In this document: positions 61,886-64,000 of the stretch, piece after piece | Layout of the letters: each line of letters begins with the position of its first letter | How positions within the stretch are numbered: position 1 is the first letter of the stretch | Notes under the pieces: generated by a model | The model's database searches: none | Seen by the model: the letters and a program-made list of their open reading frames with translations, nothing else | What the model was told of the DNA's origin: nothing | DNA from: an uncultured Verrucomicrobiales bacterium | GTDB taxonomy: Bacteria; Verrucomicrobiota; Verrucomicrobiia; Verrucomicrobiales; DEV007 | Direction: 5' to 3' | Assembly (NCBI GenBank): GCA_963975655.1 | Contig: CAXBHX010000012.1 | Span: 25,875-89,874, forward strand | DNA length: 64,000 bases | Program-made: the position numbers and the translations under genes

Positions 61886-63136
61886 CTACCCCTCCGACTT
61901 AGATGATGCGTGTAAGTCACGGTGACTAGAGCGGGAAATTTGGAATGATCTAGCCGCGACAAGTGCGGCAATAAGGACAAGAAGAGCGCTGCAGAAAAAG
62001 GGCGCACCCGGCAGTATGTAGGGAGCCCGGGCGCTGATGAAGAAACCGAAAACACCGGTGGCGAGAGGGGGGCCGATAATGCCTGCGACACTTTGCAGCG
62101 AGGTCAGGGATCCTTGAATACCCCCTTGCTCATCGTCACCGACGCTCAAGGAGATCATTCCTTGAATGGCTGGCACGGAAACTCCTGACAAAGATCCAAA
62201 TACGATAATTCCGTAGACCATCCAGGGTTCGGAAGCTAAACCGTAGCCGACCATAGCAATCCCCATGACAGCCAATCCTCCCACGGCGGCCATGCGTTCG
62301 CCGATCTTAGGTATAACCACCCTGGCGAGACCTCCTTGCACAATGGCGGCCATGAGTCCGACCAGGGCGAGTGATAGCCCTGTTTGTCGGGTAGTCCAAT
62401 CGTAGCGGAACGCGGTGTAGAGCACCCAGATACTCGGATAGACCTGGTGTGCCACGCTACTGAGGAAGTAACTGATTGAGAGTCCATGCAGGAGGGGGTG
62501 CCTACGGAGCTCAAGCAGTGCACCGATGGGATTCGAGCGCTTCCAGCTGAATGCTCGCTTGTTTTCCGGCTTGAGTGACTCAGGGAGAATCAGAAATCCA
62601 TAGAGCCAATTAATGAGAGTGAGGGCTCCTGCCGCGTAGAATGGATAGCGGAGACCATATTCACCCAACCAGCCGCCCAAAGCAGGGCCGAAAATGAAGC
62701 CGAGACCAAAGGCGGCACCGATAATGCCAAAATTGGCGGCTCGTTTATCAGGCGGACTGATGTCGGCGATGTAGGCTGCCGCGGCTGAGTAGTTGGCGCC
62801 CGTGATACCCGAGATGATGCGTCCGAAGAAGAACCAGGCCAGAGTCGGGGCCCATCCCATGAGGAAATAATCGAGGCCCGATCCAAACAGAGAGAGGAGT
62901 ATTACGGGGCGACGGCCAAAACGATCCGACAGGCTTCCGAGAATGGGAGCGAAGACGAACTGCATCAGGGAATACAATCCGACGAGTGCCCCGAAGATAT
63001 AGGAGGCGGAATCCAGTCCTCCGCTGGCGAGCTGATCGACGAGCTTTGGAAGAATCGGCACGATCAGCCCGACGCCAAGCACGTCGAGGAAGAGCGTGAT
63101 GAAAATGAAAATAAGGGCCGGTTTGAGGCGGGGCAT
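61886..63136 (-). CDS. MFS transporter (DHA1/TetA-like)
   Basis: 416 aa with 12 TM helices. Motif A is [16 protein letters not shown], and the N-terminus [21 protein letters not shown] is typical of TCR/Tet-type MFS transporters. Confidence 0.9.
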   Translation of the reverse strand: MPRLKPALIFIFITLFLDVLGVGLIVPILPKLVDQLASGGLDSASYIFGALVGLYSLMQFVFAPILGSLSDRFGRRPVILLSLFGSGLDYFLMGWAPTLAWFFFGRIISGITGANYSAAAAYIADISPPDKRAANFGIIGAAFGLGFIFGPALGGWLGEYGLRYPFYAAGALTLINWLYGFLILPESLKPENKRAFSWKRSNPIGALLELRRHPLLHGLSISYFLSSVAHQVYPSIWVLYTAFRYDWTTRQTGLSLALVGLMAAIVQGGLARVVIPKIGERMAAVGGLAVMGIAMVGYGLASEPWMVYGIIVFGSLSGVSVPAIQGMISLSVGDDEQGGIQGSLTSLQSVAGIIGPPLATGVFGFFISARAPYILPGAPFFCSALLVLIAALVAARSFQISRSSHRDLHASSKSEG

Positions 63137-63177
63137 GAACCGGGGTTGGGGTTACTGGAGAACCGCGCTCGATGTAG

Positions 63178-63990
63178 TCAGGCGGATGAATTATCAGCAG
63201 CAGCTTCGGCGAGATGAGCCTGTTTGGCGAGCAAGCGTTTCTGATAGCGACTTTGCACAATGTCGGTGAGAACCAATACCGCGATCACGAAATAGAACGT
63301 GGCCTTGGTCATCTGCTGTACTTCATGCCCGAAAAACTTTAGATGGGCGAGATGTCCTCCCTCAGTCAGAAGCATGATTCCTACGATGAGGAGAATAAAG
63401 AGGCCCAGCACTTCATACATGCGGTTCTTCTGCAGAAACTCAGTCACTTTTCCCGATAACCAGATCATGAGAATCCCTCCGATTATGATGGCGGTTGCCA
63501 TGACGGCAAAGACCTTTGTCAGTGCCATCGCACTGAGAATTGAGTCAAAAGAGAAAACCAGGTTCATGATGACAATCCACGTGACCACACTCGCAACGGA
63601 CTTGGTGCTGCCTTTACCCACTTGCCCCGCTTCTTCCGGATACAGGGCAATCATGTGAAAGACCTCCTTCACTGCGGTGTAGATGATGAACCCTCCTCCC
63701 GCCAGAACAATGAGGCTGTGCATGTTGAAATTTCCGCTGACAAAGGGGGTGTCGATCTGGAAGATAGTGGCCTGGACTTTCTCAATCACCACCATGAGCA
63801 CGAAAAGAAGCACTATTCGTAGGACGACGGCCATCCCAATTCCAAGGTGTCTAACAAAGGCCTGCTTCTCTTTGGGCGCGCGCTGCGACTCGAGGGAAAT
63901 ATAAAGAAGGTTATCAAAGCCAAGGACCGCCTGAAGGAGGACAAGCATGAGTAGCGTGAACAAATTCTCAACAGTGAAAAGATCGCTCAT
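63178..63990 (-). CDS. TerC-family integral membrane protein
   Basis: 270 aa and multi-TM. LQAVLGFDNLLYISLE and FSFDSILSAMAL are TerC signature regions. Confidence 0.85.
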   Translation of the reverse strand: MSDLFTVENLFTLLMLVLLQAVLGFDNLLYISLESQRAPKEKQAFVRHLGIGMAVVLRIVLLFVLMVVIEKVQATIFQIDTPFVSGNFNMHSLIVLAGGGFIIYTAVKEVFHMIALYPEEAGQVGKGSTKSVASVVTWIVIMNLVFSFDSILSAMALTKVFAVMATAIIIGGILMIWLSGKVTEFLQKNRMYEVLGLFILLIVGIMLLTEGGHLAHLKFFGHEVQQMTKATFYFVIAVLVLTDIVQSRYQKRLLAKQAHLAEAAADNSSA

Positions 63991-64000
63991 AGAAAACAGA

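Noticed and set aside
62748-63260. 170-aa minus-strand ORF overlapping the MFS gene start and the MFS-TerC spacer. Similar out-of-frame ORFs lie at 62236-62523 and 62590-62886.
   Set aside because: They are alternative frames of the well-supported MFS gene and have Arg/Pro/Ser-rich composition.
63178-64000. Expected yybP-ykoY (Mn2+) riboswitch upstream of the TerC-family gene.
   Set aside because: Only 10 nt upstream of the start codon are inside the window, so this cannot be evaluated.
1-64000. Search by eye for CRISPR arrays, rRNA/tRNA genes, transposases, integrases, phage genes, toxin-antitoxin pairs, reverse transcriptases and known defence-system genes.
   Set aside because: None were recognised. 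There are no spaced direct-repeat arrays, no DDE/tyrosine-recombinase-like ORFs and no long terminal inverted repeats. The window looks like core chromosome, not an island.

Overview
This is a gene-dense chromosomal segment with about 50 protein-coding genes. I could not recognise any rRNA, tRNA, CRISPR array, transposase, integrase or phage gene. The gene content points to the PVC superphylum, most likely Verrucomicrobiota. The supporting genes are a PSCyt/DUF1549/DUF1553 giant paired with a Tat-signal DUF1501 protein, a PVC-type CxxCH 'membrane-bound dehydrogenase' giant, two FG-GAP/VCBS proteins, three DUF1080-type modules and a formylglycine sulfatase. GC looks moderate by eye; I did not compute it.

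Gene order, left to right:
- a truncated prmC-like gene start and a yellow/MRJP-like propeller;
- a regulatory-type PTS trio, hprK-ptsH-ptsI, with no EII gene in the window;
- an MFP-RND-OMF efflux operon and an OprO/P-like porin;
- an alpha/beta hydrolase and a TIM-barrel isomerase;
- a PAP2 phosphatase and ppk1;
- a DUF455::ATP-grasp fusion followed by a secreted S1/PDZ protease;
- lptF/G with an N-terminal extension;
- a five-gene minus-strand cluster (FG-GAP, PSCyt/PSD, DUF1501, DUF1460, small membrane protein);
- a three-domain protease/LamG/SirB1 protein;
- rpoA-rplQ, detached from the other ribosomal protein genes;
- an orphan small secreted protein gene;
- a translationally coupled ABC importer;
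- a sulfatase and a YcbB-like L,D-transpeptidase;
- a four-gene cluster (SGNH hydrolase, PVC heme protein, FG-GAP, duplicated Zn-ribbon protein);
- a ferritin-like protein;
- DUF4199, LAB_N and a beta-helix protein;
- a CPA2 antiporter, DUF2007 and a SYLF protein;
- a tandem DUF1080 protein, a HIT protein and a hypothetical;
- nrdR, with two NrdR-box-like palindromes upstream;
- a GH63-like hydrolase, an MFS transporter and a TerC protein.

No classical defence or mobile system is visible. The best candidates for something undescribed are the DUF455::ATP-grasp + protease pair, the two PVC-specific redox/FG-GAP clusters with their small accessory genes, and the tri-domain protease. All functional calls come from motif recognition by eye. 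No database search was run.
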